Shown here in pieces: positions 27,436 through 40,218 of a DNA stretch of 64,000 nucleotides (position 1 is the first letter of the stretch; each line of letters opens with the position of its first letter). Origin of the DNA: Camelus dromedarius (lineage: Eukaryota); assembly GCF_036321535.1 (NCBI RefSeq), contig NC_087436.1, forward strand, positions 29,328,001-29,392,000. The letters are read 5' to 3'. The position numbers were made by a program, and so were the translations under genes. Below the pieces are notes generated by a model. That model saw nothing but the letters and a program-made list of their open reading frames with translations, did no database searches and was not told where the DNA came from.

Positions 27436-28043
27436 ATGAAGATGGGTGCTGAAAATTAAAGATGAAGATGTCATTAAAAACTACATACACTAATTTCAAA
27501 TTAAATAACAGTTAAATTAATTGATTAAAGCTATCACTCTGGATGACATTACAGAAAATTTTTAAAATTTATTTGTTGACATATTATGACTAGACTGAGC
27601 AATCAGATATGTCTTTGAGTCCAGAAGGGGTCAATTTAGCTTGTTTGTAAAGTTAACACAAAGTAGGAAACATGAGCACCAACATCTGAGTTGCAGCGGG
27701 GATATTCAACAAGAAGTAAATTTGGAGAGATAGAACAGAATTAAATTTAAAAGTCAAGATTAAGATCTGAAATCCAAGGTCTGAAAAAGCTGAGATGGGA
27801 AGTTAAATCATATTAAGAGAGCATGTCTAGGTTTCTAGTGCTTATTTTTATTTTAAACAAACAAGATCTTAATTGTCCTTACTGATTATTTCATTCAACA
27901 GAAAGAAGAAATAAATTGTGAGGTTCACTATTTTTGTAAACAAAAAGAATTCTTGACCAGGAGGAGCTGTTGGAGACTAGACAAAAAATCATCTGTCATT
28001 TTAGAATTTTTAATGACCAGAGAGAGAGTGGGCAGACCAGGTA

Positions 28044-28372
28044 CAATCCTCCCTCAGTATCCTCAGATGAGTGGTTCCAGGACCCCCACAACCCACCCTG
28101 CTCAGATACCAAAATCCACAGATAAAACGGCATAGTATTTGCATATAACCTAAGTACATCCTCTCATATACTTTAAGTCATCTCCAAGCTGCTTGTAATC
28201 CCTAGTATGATGTAAATGCTATGTAAATAGTGGCTGGTGCACAGCAGATTCAAGTTTAGCTTTTTGGAACATTCTGAAATTTTTTTCCCTAATATTTTCA
28301 GTCCTTGGTTGGATGGATTTGAGAATGCAGAATCCACAGATGCATAACTCTGTGGATATGGAGGGCCCACTG
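28044..28372. mobile_element. TcMar-Tigger MITE (MER2-like)
   Basis: TIRs caatcctccctcagtatcc / ggatatggagggcccactg, TA target duplication on both sides, and MER2 internal 'gcatagtatttgcatataaccta'. Confidence 0.9.
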
Positions 28373-28964
28373 TATGCAGATTTTTACAAGGTCTGGTGTG
28401 ATAAAGTCCATCCTAATGAGAGAGATGTCTTTCCATGGTTTACGGTGTGCTCTGACTAAAGTGATTCACATGCTTCAAAAGTTTATTTCCTGTCAAGACT
28501 GTCAATTAACTGCTCTGAAGTAATTTTTCAAGTCTATCTTCAAATCCAACTCCAAATTTGTGGTCATATTTTTTCATCTAAAAGACAAATATAAAAATTT
28601 AGGATCATCACTTTAAAGCCTTTTGTATTCTAAGTCAAGTACTAATACTCTATCAATGATCATTTAACCGTTTATTACTTATTCTTCAGAGTAAAATAAG
28701 TTGATAAATGTATTATCACAACAGAATTGTACATTACACTCTACCTATGTTTTCTCAAACAAAAAGTAATTGTCTTCTCCCCAGAAGGCAGAAAGAAGAA
28801 ATTTCAAAGTAACGTGGCTCAACACCATTGATGATTCTCTTGCTCCTACATCTCTATGGCAGTGGCACTTCGCTTTCATCAGAACCTTGTTCTGTGGATT
28901 AACAGAGAAAAAATTAACATCAAGGAGGTGGTTCCCAGAGCAGGGGAAGAATGTGCTCTGTTGG

Positions 28965-29559
28965 TGTATTAGTTTTCTATCACTGCTGTAACAATTTGTC
29001 CAGATTCCGCAGTGTAAAATGACACCCCCTGTCATCTCACAGTTTACATGGGCTAGAAATCTGGACACGGTGTAGCTCAGCTGGTTCTCTGATAGTCTCC
29101 CAAGGTGGACATCAGGATGCTGGCTGGACTGCATTCCTTTCTGGAAGCTGAGGGCAAGACCCTGCATTCAAGGTCACTCCAGTGGTTGGCAGAATGTTTT
29201 AGTGGGGCTATAAGACTGAGTTTCCTGTATCCTTTTCTATCAACCCGCAATCATTCCTAGCTTCTGGAGATGGACTGCATTCCTTGGTCATGTCCCTCCT
29301 TTCTCCAACTTCAAAATCAACAATAGCAGGTCAATTCCTTGTCCTTTTTAAAATTTCTCTGACTCATCTCTCCTGCCTTCCTCTTCCATTTTTAGGGGCT
29401 CATGTAATTGTATGGTACCTACCAAGATAATCCAAGAAAGTTTGTCAATTTTTAAGTCAGCTAATTAGTAATATGAATTATACCAAAGTCCATTTGTAGT
29501 GGTATCTAGCTCAAGAGACAAAAATCTGGGGAGACTTCATTAAAATTCTGCATACCATA
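28965..29559 (-). mobile_element. MaLR solo LTR (MLT1E/F-like)
   Basis: Starts 'tgtattagttttctatcactgctgtaacaa' and ends 'aaattctgcataccata', with MLT1 internal blocks. Confidence 0.85.
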
Positions 29560-30635
29560 TCTGGCCAAATCCTACTCTACTAAGAGGAGAGGTAAAGGAG
29601 AGAGTTTCACAAAATAGAAATAATAAAAGCAGAAGATTCCTGGGAACTCATCTCATTTTTTTTGGATTAATATTTCCAGAGTACAGATTTAATTTGCCTA
29701 AATTTATTTTCCAATTAAAAAAACATTCAGTTTGCATAACATACAAATGTTCCTCAAGACTTTTTTAAATGCTTTCAAAAACATTTATAGAACTTTTATT
29801 TATAGAAAACAGCTATAGAAAAGAGCTGGTTCAACTATGTAAGACTGTCATATTAAAGAAGAGCATGGATTATATATGAATACCCTCAGCCTCCAAAAAA
29901 CTATGTCCTAATCAATGTTTAAACTATATTCTAGGTACCACCTTCTGCACAAAGATGTGCATTTTCATCTCCACGCCCCGGATCTCATTAATTACCTCAT
30001 CAACCTACCTCTGTATTTCTTTGTACATACCCCTCTTGATACGGAGTGTTTTCAAGCTGTTATTTGTGCAATTTTGTTGCCCACCAGAATAATACGTATT
30101 TGAGACCGTATCTTTATCTCTTAATTACTCACTGTTAAAATAATTGTATCGAGTACTGCAGAGGATATGAATGGTAGAGATATAAAAATCTGGATCTCAG
30201 CTTTTGTTCAGTTGCCTTCATTTCCTAAGGACTTATATGTAAATGGTCTTTATATTTAATGGTGAGTGCAAGGAAGTGGATGAAACTATCTGAAATCTGG
30301 GGGTTTTAACTGATGTTCTTGTAGGTTTTTGTGACATCAAAAATCTCTTAGCATGAGAGTGTGATAATAATGGTGCCCAGGAAAAGACATATATCAATCA
30401 CTGCCATATCCAGCTCCTGCTAAAAAGTCGTTATTCTTTACTACTTCAGAAATTGTTCGACTATTAGAGGAGATAAAATATGATCAGAGATTTAATATTA
30501 CGTGTGAGTGACAGATCCTTTTAAATAACGGCTAATATCTGATGATTTCAAGCAACTTTATAATGTTGTAGCCTGCAAGTTTCTGGTGAAATCATCAAAC
30601 AAGCCACCAAAAAAAGAAGACGACGACAATATATT

Positions 30636-30662
30636 AAAACAAAACAAAACAAAACAAAACAG
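30636..30662. repeat. (CAAAA)n
   Basis: Directly visible. Confidence 0.85.
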
Positions 30663-31642
30663 GAAAAGGTGTTTATGAACACTGAAAGAATTGAAGGAGA
30701 AATTTTCAACAACCTTCTCACCCTACCCCCTTACAATCTTTCGGTGTTTCCTTGCCAACCAGGGCTTACATCTTCTGTCACATGCAGTCGCTATTTTATT
30801 AAAAACCCTTCTGCCATCTTCTCTTTCCTCAGCTCTCGTTTTCCTCCAGTTCATTCCTGTGCGAGGCAGGCAAGAGGGCTGTGGTAGGATGGGTCAATGA
30901 AGCAGGATGTGAACAGGAGTAGCACCTCACAAGTGTCAGTTGCAGGTTTGGGACAACTGGTCAGAGACCAGCTTGGCTGGACCTAGGGATGGTAGTGTGG
31001 GGGAGAAAGTTGTATCTTTCCGCTCATTCCAGGCACTTAGCCCCTCACAGCAGAGGTTAGAGTTGGGAACTACCCGACCATGTGCCGTGGATTTTCTCTG
31101 TAGCAGAGAAGAGGCTTTGAGCCCGAGAATCACACAGATGCACTTTCTGTGATGCCAGGCTCACAGGTGGATGGCTGTAGGAGCTGCTTTTATCACAAGC
31201 TATTACAAGCAGGAGTAAAGGTTTTCATCACTTACAGTGAACTGCGTCTGGATGAGTTCAGAAAATGTTTGCTATATTTTATCTTATGCAGTTGGAACCT
31301 AATGTGTTATATCTATTTGCATAATTCTCATGTCATACATAATGTGCTCCTAAAAATATGTATGAAATTATGTGTTGATTTCAAACTAGAGAGAAATTTA
31401 TCATAATATTTAGCTCTTTCACCTCTATAATTCTACTTGCAAATGCAGTCAGTAACATGGGTAATATTGGCAGCAATTGTGGGGATAGAGAAAGAGACAT
31501 GGAGTAAAAGATACGGTGAGTGAATCAGGATCCCTAGAAGATTTTGGTGCATTGGGGTGACATCATGGGTCACAAAAGATGAAAGTTAGCTAGACTGAGG
31601 AGTCATTTAGAAACTTTAAGCTCCGGGTTAGTCTATACTCAC

Positions 31643-31740
31643 AAAAAAAAAAAAGAGGAAGAAGAAAGGAAAAAAGGAAGGAGGGAGGGAGAGAGAGAGA
31701 GAAAGAAAAAGAAAAGGAGAGAAAGAGAAAGAAAGAAAGG
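31643..31740. repeat. GA-rich polypurine tract
   Basis: ~100 nt of only A/G. Confidence 0.9.
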
Positions 31741-32156
31741 TTTGATTATAAGTATGGAATATTTAATACAGTATTAAAATAAGGATGGGATCTATGATCT
31801 ATAGCAATTTTTAAAGTTATGGCAGTATTGCAATCACATTTCTGGGCCACAGTGTGTAGCAATAATTACTGAATTCTGCGGGAAGGAGCTAGCATAATGA
31901 ATATACTTAACACTTCTCTCAAAAATTATCTTTGTAAAACAACTGTGATGGAGATGTGAAGAGTTTCCTATGATTCACTTAAAACTGGTTAGATGTTCAA
32001 TGGCAAGGATATTTTTAAAAATATGCTTTATTTTTAGACTAAATGAACTTTGATACATATTATAGTTCTGATAATGAAATTAGGATTCATCCATTACTTA
32101 TTTCAGATATGAAGATTTTTTTTGAGAATATAGTTATTGTCATTCATGCATTCATT

Positions 32157-32917
32157 CATAAGTAAAACAAGAAGACAACCTACGGAATGGGAGAAAATTT
32201 TTGCAAATGAAACCGACAAAGGCTTGATCTCCAGAATATATAAGCAGCTCATACGACTCAATAAGAAAAAAATAAACAACCCAATCCAAAAATGGACAGA
32301 AGACCTAAACAAGCAATTCTCCAAGGAAGACATACAAATGATCAAAAGGCACATGAAAAAATGCTCAATATCACTAATCACTAATATCTCCAATTATCAG
32401 AGAAATGCAAATCAAAACTACAATGAGGTATCACCTCACACCAGTCAGAATGGCCATCATTCAAAAATCCACAAATGACAAATGCTGGAGAGGCTGTGGG
32501 GAAAGGGGAACCCTCCTACACTGCTGGTGGGAATGCAGTTTGGTGCAGCCACTATGGAAAACAGTGTGGAGATTCCTCAAAAGACTAGGAATAGACTTAC
32601 CGTATGACCCAAGAATCCCACTCCTGGGCTTGTATCCAGAAGGAAATCTACTTCAGGATGACACCTTCACCCCAGTGTTCATAGCAGCACTATCTACAAT
32701 AGCCAAGACATGGAGAAAGCCTAAATGTCCATCAACAGGTGACTGGATAAAGAAGATGTGGTATATTTATACAATGAAATACTGCTCATCCATAAAAACC
32801 AATAACATAATGCCATTTGCAGCAACATGGATGCTCCTGGAGAATGTCATTCTAAGTGAAGTAAGCCAGAAAGAGAAAGAAAAATACCATATGAGATTGC
32901 TCATATGTGGAATCTAA
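32157..32917 (+). pseudogene. L1 ORF2p C-terminal (cysteine-rich) region, frameshifted
   Basis: [12 protein letters not shown]...KKCSISL, then [19 protein letters not shown]...[18 protein letters not shown]...[11 protein letters not shown]. One +1 frameshift near 32376-32391. Confidence 0.95.
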
Positions 32918-33223
32918 ACAAACAAAAACAAAGCATAAATACAGGACAGAAATAGACTCATAGACAGAGAATACAGACTTGTGGTTGCCAAGGGGGTGGA
33001 GGGTGGGAAGGGATAGACTGGGATTTCAAAATTGTAGAATAGATAAACAAGATTATACTGTATAGCACAGGGAAATACACACAAAACGTTATGGTAGCTC
33101 ACAGAGAAAAAAATGTGACAATGAGTGTGTATATGTCCATGCATGACTGAAAAATTGTGCTGAACACTGGAATTTGACACAACATTGTAAAATGATTATA
33201 AATCAATAAAAAATGTTAAAAAA
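32157..33223 (+). mobile_element. Relatively young 5'-truncated LINE-1 (cetartiodactyl, camelid-like)
   Basis: ORF2 C-terminus, 3'UTR with G-rich tract, AATAAA at 33205 and A-tail. TSD agaatatagttat (32125-32137) / agaatatgagttat (33224-33237). Confidence 0.95.
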
Positions 33224-33927
33224 AGAATATGAGTTATGGGTTAATATATTTCCATTTAAGCACTACTGTCCAAAGTTACTTAGCTGTGCATTTTAAAGAA
33301 TAATTTTCCTGCTGTAGTTGTGCTGCCATGATTTTCTTAATTTATTATTATTTTTTTAATACACAAAGCCACATTATATGCTTCCAAAATTAAAACTTGT
33401 CATTGAGTTTTTCTTACAGCAACCCCTTAACTGAGAGCTCTCCTGTTAGGAGATGGCAGCAAACCCATAACTGAGCCATTGTCTTCTCTTTGTTCATGGA
33501 CCCACTGAGTGTGCTTTACCTCCCTTGTTGAGTAGTTGTTCCCTTCAGCTCTTTCTAAAGCTAAACTCGTGATGCTATTTATCTGAAACCTGGAAGTTGC
33601 CCATATTCTCCTGTGCCTGTTGTCACCATCTGTTCTTTCTGAATGGCCACTTCCCAACAATAGATTGATGGCAGGGGTTACATCTTGATAGCGACAGATA
33701 ATGGAACCAGAATCTTCTCTTACCCTCTGGAATTACTAAAAGAACTATTTCAGGCAGAAGAGACGCACTTAGAAAGCTTCAACTTCTTTGCTAGAGGCAA
33801 AACTCCCCCTTTACCTATCCAGTAGAGCCTCTATGTATGGTCATAAATACACCAGCACGATCAGCTTGCAGAACTGTGGAACAGTGAACTTATTGGACGG
33901 TAATCTTTTATAATTTTTGAAGCAATC

Positions 33928-33947
33928 TGGCCACCAAATGGCAGCAG
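33928..33947 (+). promoter_or_regulatory. CTCF-like motif
   Basis: tggCCACCAAATGGCAGca; one mismatch at a conserved G. Confidence 0.35.
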
Positions 33948-36147
33948 TCTTATCCAACTCTATTATAATTTTTGATGACCTTGGAGGCAACAGTACCTAG
34001 TAAGAAATATAAGAAAGAGTGAACAAATCAATTTGACCAAGTTTTTAAGAGCACAAAGATTTTTACGCATCTACAGGGATGTAGATTGCCTATTTCATCA
34101 CAAAGTTCATAGAAAATATCTCAAGAGGTAAAGAAAAGACATGAAAATGGAATTTATTCCTAAAAAAAAAAACTGGAAATATATGTCTTTCTACCTAATT
34201 TAATTACCTTTCATTTAAATTCTTTTTTGAGGGTGTATTTGTAATCAACAACAATTTAGTAGTAATGTTGCATGGCTCAGCTTTATTAAAGCTGTTTTAC
34301 CTTGGTGACACAGTTCAAGCTAATGTGCTAAACAAAATGTTGCCTAATTAGTACAAATGAAGGAAAGGAGGCAATTAGCCAAGAGGGAATAATGAGCAAA
34401 GGGGACTGTTATGTAAATCTAGACAATCCTGAGAACTTCCAGCCAGGAAGCAGACAGCTAGATATAATCACCTATTCAAAACACACCTTGGAAAGTGAGG
34501 GATCTAATTCATCCATAGCTTGATTTTTACTTGGACACATTTATTCAAGATTACGAGCTTGAGTCAATGGTTATATTAGTAATTGGTATGATTAATAGAC
34601 TACACAGATTTTAGCAGAACTATGTTATGCATGTTGTCACAGTTTTCATTAAATGTAAGATAGAAAACACTACAGTGTTCTAAGGGGCATTAGCACAAAT
34701 TAAGGCTGCAAGTGCCCAATGCAACAGAAACCTATTATTCATCATGCTGTGATCTATAGTTAAAGAAAAGAGAGCACAAAAATTTAGCTTAACTCATCTC
34801 ACATTTCTTGAAAAATCTTTGATATTAGCTCTTCAAAACAGAATATATTTGAAGACTATATTCAATATATTTGAACAAAGGCTCTCCTCTTAGCTCTTTT
34901 ATTCACAGTAAATGATTTTGGAACTTTTCAGCTGTAATCTGGAGGAATATTTGGAGGCAAGAGTAAAGAAGGAGAAAAGTGGAAATACTTGTTTGTGTTT
35001 TTCCACTACTTGATAGGTAGTGAGGATTATGGTTTATGTTTGAGATATCAAGGGATCAAAGAGATGAGGCACCAGGACAGAACAGACCCTGGAAATCTCC
35101 AGTGCCACTTGCTGTCATAGTATTAGGAGGAGGCTGGAACTGGTGAGAGTTTCTGTGTTTGAGGTCTGCAAAATCTGAGACATGGTCATTAAGTCTGGCT
35201 GAGATGAGTGTGTTGCTTGACTCCTGCAGCTTGGTGAACGTCGCGCAGCCAGTGCACATCTGCGACTTTGCTACAGGTGAGCCCTGCCTCCTGTATGTTA
35301 TCACGAGAGCTCAGAAGGCCAAAACCATTTGGGGTTTGAATCAATTCCAAAACTTCTTATGTTGGTAGATAATCTTGGAAGTTGAGAATTTATAATTTTT
35401 GACTCAAAGGTGTAGGAGTTTTTAAGAAATTCACACATTTTTATTATATTAGAAAATACATGAAAAATTACTGTTTTCCTCCTCTCTTTTTGCACTAGTG
35501 TTTATCATGGTCATGAGAAAGATGGTAATAATACTGGCAACTATCCAGGGAAGGGAGGCTCCCCATTTAATTGATGTATTTGGAAAAATAAACTGGATGT
35601 ATTTAGCCAAAGCCCTTTCTTTTTCCTTCCCTAGAACCCAGTATGTGCACATAGAAAAGGAGTTTTTGCCAAATCCGTGTCGCTGGTTGTCTGTAGACAA
35701 GTCTTAGCAAGTGGAGGTCTACGCAAGTTTAGCTACATCACTAGATGGATAAATCTGCCTTTCTGGGAAGCAGTTCTATTTGATTTAGCCTTAATTAGTA
35801 ATAAAAGCGACAGTTTGGCTTCTGGATGCCAGTCTGAATTCCCATTTTCTTTATCAGAATTTAGGCAGCAAAGAGGTATACAATTTATGAGGGTCCTCAG
35901 AGACCCCAGTATTGAGCACATAGCTCTTTACATATTTGTATATAAGAGTGAACATTAGGGAGGCCCACCAGATACCTCGAGAAGCTTTGAGTGAATCCAG
36001 GTCATGTGGCTTTGGGGTCTGGAATCCCATGTGTGGCAAGATGTTTTTGCCAGGGTGTTGGTAGAAACTAGTATTTGCAGGGCTGCACTGCTACAGGTGT
36101 GTAGGAGACTTTTAAGGCTGTGGACTCAGCACAGTTGAGAGGCTGGC

Positions 36148-36163
36148 CACTCCCCTGGTGGCC
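36148..36163 (-). promoter_or_regulatory. CTCF-like motif
   Basis: Reverse strand reads ggCCACCAGGGGAGTG; 3' part diverges from consensus. Confidence 0.4.
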
Positions 36164-39100
36164 TTGCTCTCATTCAAAAAGCTCCTTCTAGAGGGGGAGG
36201 GCGACAGTGCCTGCAAGCAGCTGACACGTGAGCTCTCCGATGACCTACACCGAGGGTGGAGAGGCCATAGTGATGTTAGGGCTCAGGGAAGATTCTCAGG
36301 CCTTAGTAACATCTGGGAGCTCAGGAGAGACTGGACCTTTGAAAATTGTGCTGGCTGTAAGGGTGACCTTGGCAGCTACTGTCTACAATTTTTAGCCACA
36401 TGTCCGTCAGCAAGAGCATAAGACTCTAGCTGGAGCAGGTACCTCAAAGGGTTCTGGCTGCTGAAGCGTGACTTGAACTGTGTTTGGTAGATGTATTTTG
36501 GACAGCAAGGGACTCACCAGATATGTGGGAGCCTCAGAATAGATTTTCAGCTTTTCCCAGCAGGTATAGCTGAGCAATATTTTGATTATAAGACACATAA
36601 ACTTTCCATATACAGGGCTTTCTGGCTCTGGGGGACCCAGCAATCTGCTTGCAGTTTTAAATACAAGGCAGCTGACTTTGTGTGTGCTGCAGAGCACAGG
36701 ACCTAGCTCTCAGCTGTCCTCGCCAAGGCTGCATGGGAAACGCTAGTTCAGTAGCTCAAAATCCTATAAGGTACTCAGGGCCAAGGAGGGAACTGTGAAG
36801 GGACTAACTTTAAATTCCTGTGGTTTCTTCAGGGCTCCAGATTGGAAAATACTGCAGTAATCCACCTTACCAGGACCCCTCCAGTGTCTAGTTTCTTCCA
36901 ACAGTAGGAGCCGAACTTGGCACATTCTCTAAAATGTATAAGCTCTATTTGGCATTTGCCTGGATAAAGTATTTTCCATTAACTAAACATGGGTAAGATT
37001 CCCAGAATCTTTTCTACCAAGAGTCTATGGTGGAAAATTATTATCATATAACCGTTACTTATCCAGTCTACATGACACTTCAGTCCATGGATGCCATAGA
37101 ATAAAACCTTAAAGTACAGATATTCATGCACACAAAATGCTTCTTATGAACTGAAGTACAAGAGAAATATAATTTTACATGGGTAGATCAAAAGAGTTAA
37201 AGTACATTCTTAATTACTTAAGACATCCCTGAAGAATGACATGTATTTGGGTTATTATCAAGAAAATGGAACTGTAGAAGACGAACACTGACTTAAAAAA
37301 AAAACTGAAACCAAGTTAAATCGAAATATTTTCTTTTGATTGCACTACCAATGGATAAACATGAGCTGATTTGAGTCATTCCTGAAAGTATATATACATT
37401 TCTAAATCAGAACAGGCCAGAATATGAATAAGTTTTCTAAATTCCTTCTCAACTAATGTTCTATTTAAGTGCTGACATATTATATAAATATATTTAAATT
37501 ATACTGAAGTGTTTTGGTTGAGAGGTGGTAAAACCAAATCCTAATATATTAGTGATCTATTCGCAAGTTTAATACAGAAACACAGAAGTGCTTCTGTGTG
37601 CAGAAAGATTTACTTAAATATAGCTATTTATCACATCTTATATGTATATTGTAGTAATTAATTATTCGGAGAAGTAGTATTTTCAAAATTGTAATATTGC
37701 ACATTGGGAAGTTAGGTAAAGCACATCTGCTGTTGTAAAGTACTTTTTGTACCTGTTTTCACAGAAGCTAACATTTAACCAAAAAGCTGCTTTACTTCTG
37801 TTTGTAGAGAAGTAAACATTATAGTGATAGCATGTGTGAGCATAAAGACTGTTTACAGTACTGTTAGTCTTTGTTCTCAGATTAGTAGTTGCTGGTAAGT
37901 TTATTCATTTATTTATTTTTTTTTTTACAAGGGCTTGTAAAGGCTGGTTATTTGTCTAACTGAACTCCTGCTGTTTTGTAAAGACAAACAATTAATTATT
38001 CCCGATCCCAAAAACTTTATTGTCACTACAAAAATACACAGCACTTTCCACTTTCATTGCTTACATTTAAGCCAGATTTTGATAACACTGCTCCGCACAC
38101 TGTAGAGAGAGAGTCACTGTGTCAATGGAAAATTATATTATAGCATCTTTCCATATTCTGCTTCATCTTGCCCTGGTGTCACCTTCCTACACGATGGAAA
38201 AACATCTCTATTAAATAGGCACCTTTTAAAATAAAATTTAGAAGGAAAGGCTATTATAACTGTTTAAAGTGTCTCATTAAATAAAATTAAGACAAAGACA
38301 AAAAAATGGTTTGTATATGATAAATGTTCTTTTTACTTAGATGATGCAGTGAAGTGTTGAATAAATCAACACTCCTTGAAAGCCTGAGGTGCAATTTTAT
38401 CTGGGCGTATTTATGTCCGTCTATATTTATGATTTTATTAAACTTGCTTTGAGACACCACTTCTTTAAACAGCAATTTCTACATGTAAATAGGAAACTAG
38501 AACAGAAAGGTATACAGAAAAATAGAATTGTGCCATATGAACATAGATAATACATTGACTCCAAATTTAGATTTTAAATACTCCACATGCTGAAGGCAGA
38601 AATAGCTGAAACTAAACATAGATTCCTTATACAATTATCACAAAATATAGAAACTTCAGAGTTTTATCAGATATTAACTAATTTATAGAAACTTCCATGG
38701 AAATACCCAGGGTATTCCCTTATGCTTTGTTTTGTACCTTAAAATTTTTCCAAATTGGGTGATACAAATCAGGAAATATTGAATCCAGATCTATGAACAT
38801 AATCAAACTGCAGTTTAGCACAGAGGGAAAAAAGGCCAATAGTTGCATATTAAAAAAGAAAAAGTTCCTGTCCATAGAACAAATGTTTGTGAAAGTTACC
38901 TCTGTATTAATTGCACATCTCTGGACATCTAATATTTGCTGATATGGAAAAAAAAAACCTCTACATGTCTGTACTCTGTACATTTTTTCATATGGCATAT
39001 ATAGACCCTAAACATATGCTAGAAAAGTCACTGAAATGATACATGTGACCAAGGACACGGGCAGATGAGAGGGGTTATAACATTTCCCCCACACTGCCCT

Positions 39101-40048
39101 ACATATCCTGGTGATGACTGCATGTGTGTGATGCTGCATCAGACATATCAGGAGACATGAGAGCGCATTAGAGATATCCAAAAGAAAAAAAAACTTTGGA
39201 CATAGCATGCCAGACCCCAGAGTATTATTTTGGTGCCTGACTGTGTTGCTAATACTATCCTATATATATATATATTTTTTTTCTTCTTTGGGGTAACATA
39301 CTGAAGGGAAAGATAACAGTGTTCAAATAGAAGAAAAAATACATCTGCGGATCTCTACCCTTTGGAACAACAACAACAAAATCTTAATAATACCTGAGTT
39401 CCCATTTGCTAGGGGAACAGCAGACAAAATTAATTTCAGTTCGTACTCAGTAAAAAGGCTTTATATGTAGGACACAGAAATAGAAGACTGTTGTCAGAAA
39501 AAGGGTCATATGTGTCAAAGCAAGTGGGAGGGAGAATGGCTCCCTATGAATGGCTGTGAAATGGCTCCAGTGAACAAACTGACTTGAATGCATGGCATCT
39601 TTTATTTACGGCAGTAGAAGTGGAAATAATTGTGTGCGTGTGCGTTTCTCACATAAAAATCACTTGGAAGACAAAATTCAGACGTCAGATCATCAAAGAT
39701 GACTGGCCTGGATGCTTCAAGGAACAGTCATGGAAAAAATCTACCTAGTCTCTATCTATCTATATGAACTGTATATTAAAAAAAACAAAAGTAACATTAC
39801 ATCCAAATACACTGTGTAAAGTTGGATTAGAGCTTGGACTGAGAGGAGGGACAATTATTGGGGAAATTAACATACGGACTCATTATTCCATGAGATTATT
39901 GATTTATAATTTTGGTATTATATTTTATGGGTTATGATTATATTGTAGTTCTGTAAGAGGATGTCATGTTTCTGAGGAGATGTGGCTTGAAGCACTTAAG
40001 GGTGAAAAGTCATGATGTCTACAATTTACTTTCCCTTGGTACATATAA

Positions 40049-40050
<2 letters not shown>

Positions 40051-40081
<31 letters not shown>
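40051..40081. repeat. (CA)n microsatellite
   Basis: Directly visible; another (CA)n at ~40400-40425. Confidence 0.95.
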
Positions 40082-40084
<3 letters not shown>

Positions 40085-40218
40085 GCAGTCCTTGTTTTGC
40101 ACAGTGCCACGTTAACTGAGACACGCAGATCAGGATGGGGTCCATGATTTGCAAGCTTTAGTGGTAACTGAGGTAAAATTCCTGTTACCATCTGACTGTG
40201 CAAAGTGACGACTGCATG
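40082..40218. mobile_element. Short Tigger-type MITE
   Basis: 24-bp imperfect TIRs gaggcagtccttgttttgcacagt / actgtgcaaagtgacgactgcatg (18/24 complementary). Confidence 0.7.

Noticed and set aside
28745..29167. 140-aa ORF
   Set aside because: About half lies in an MLT1 LTR, and there is no recognisable domain.
32103..33180. Minus-strand hydrophobic ORFs (96 and 88 aa)
   Set aside because: These are antisense frames of the L1.
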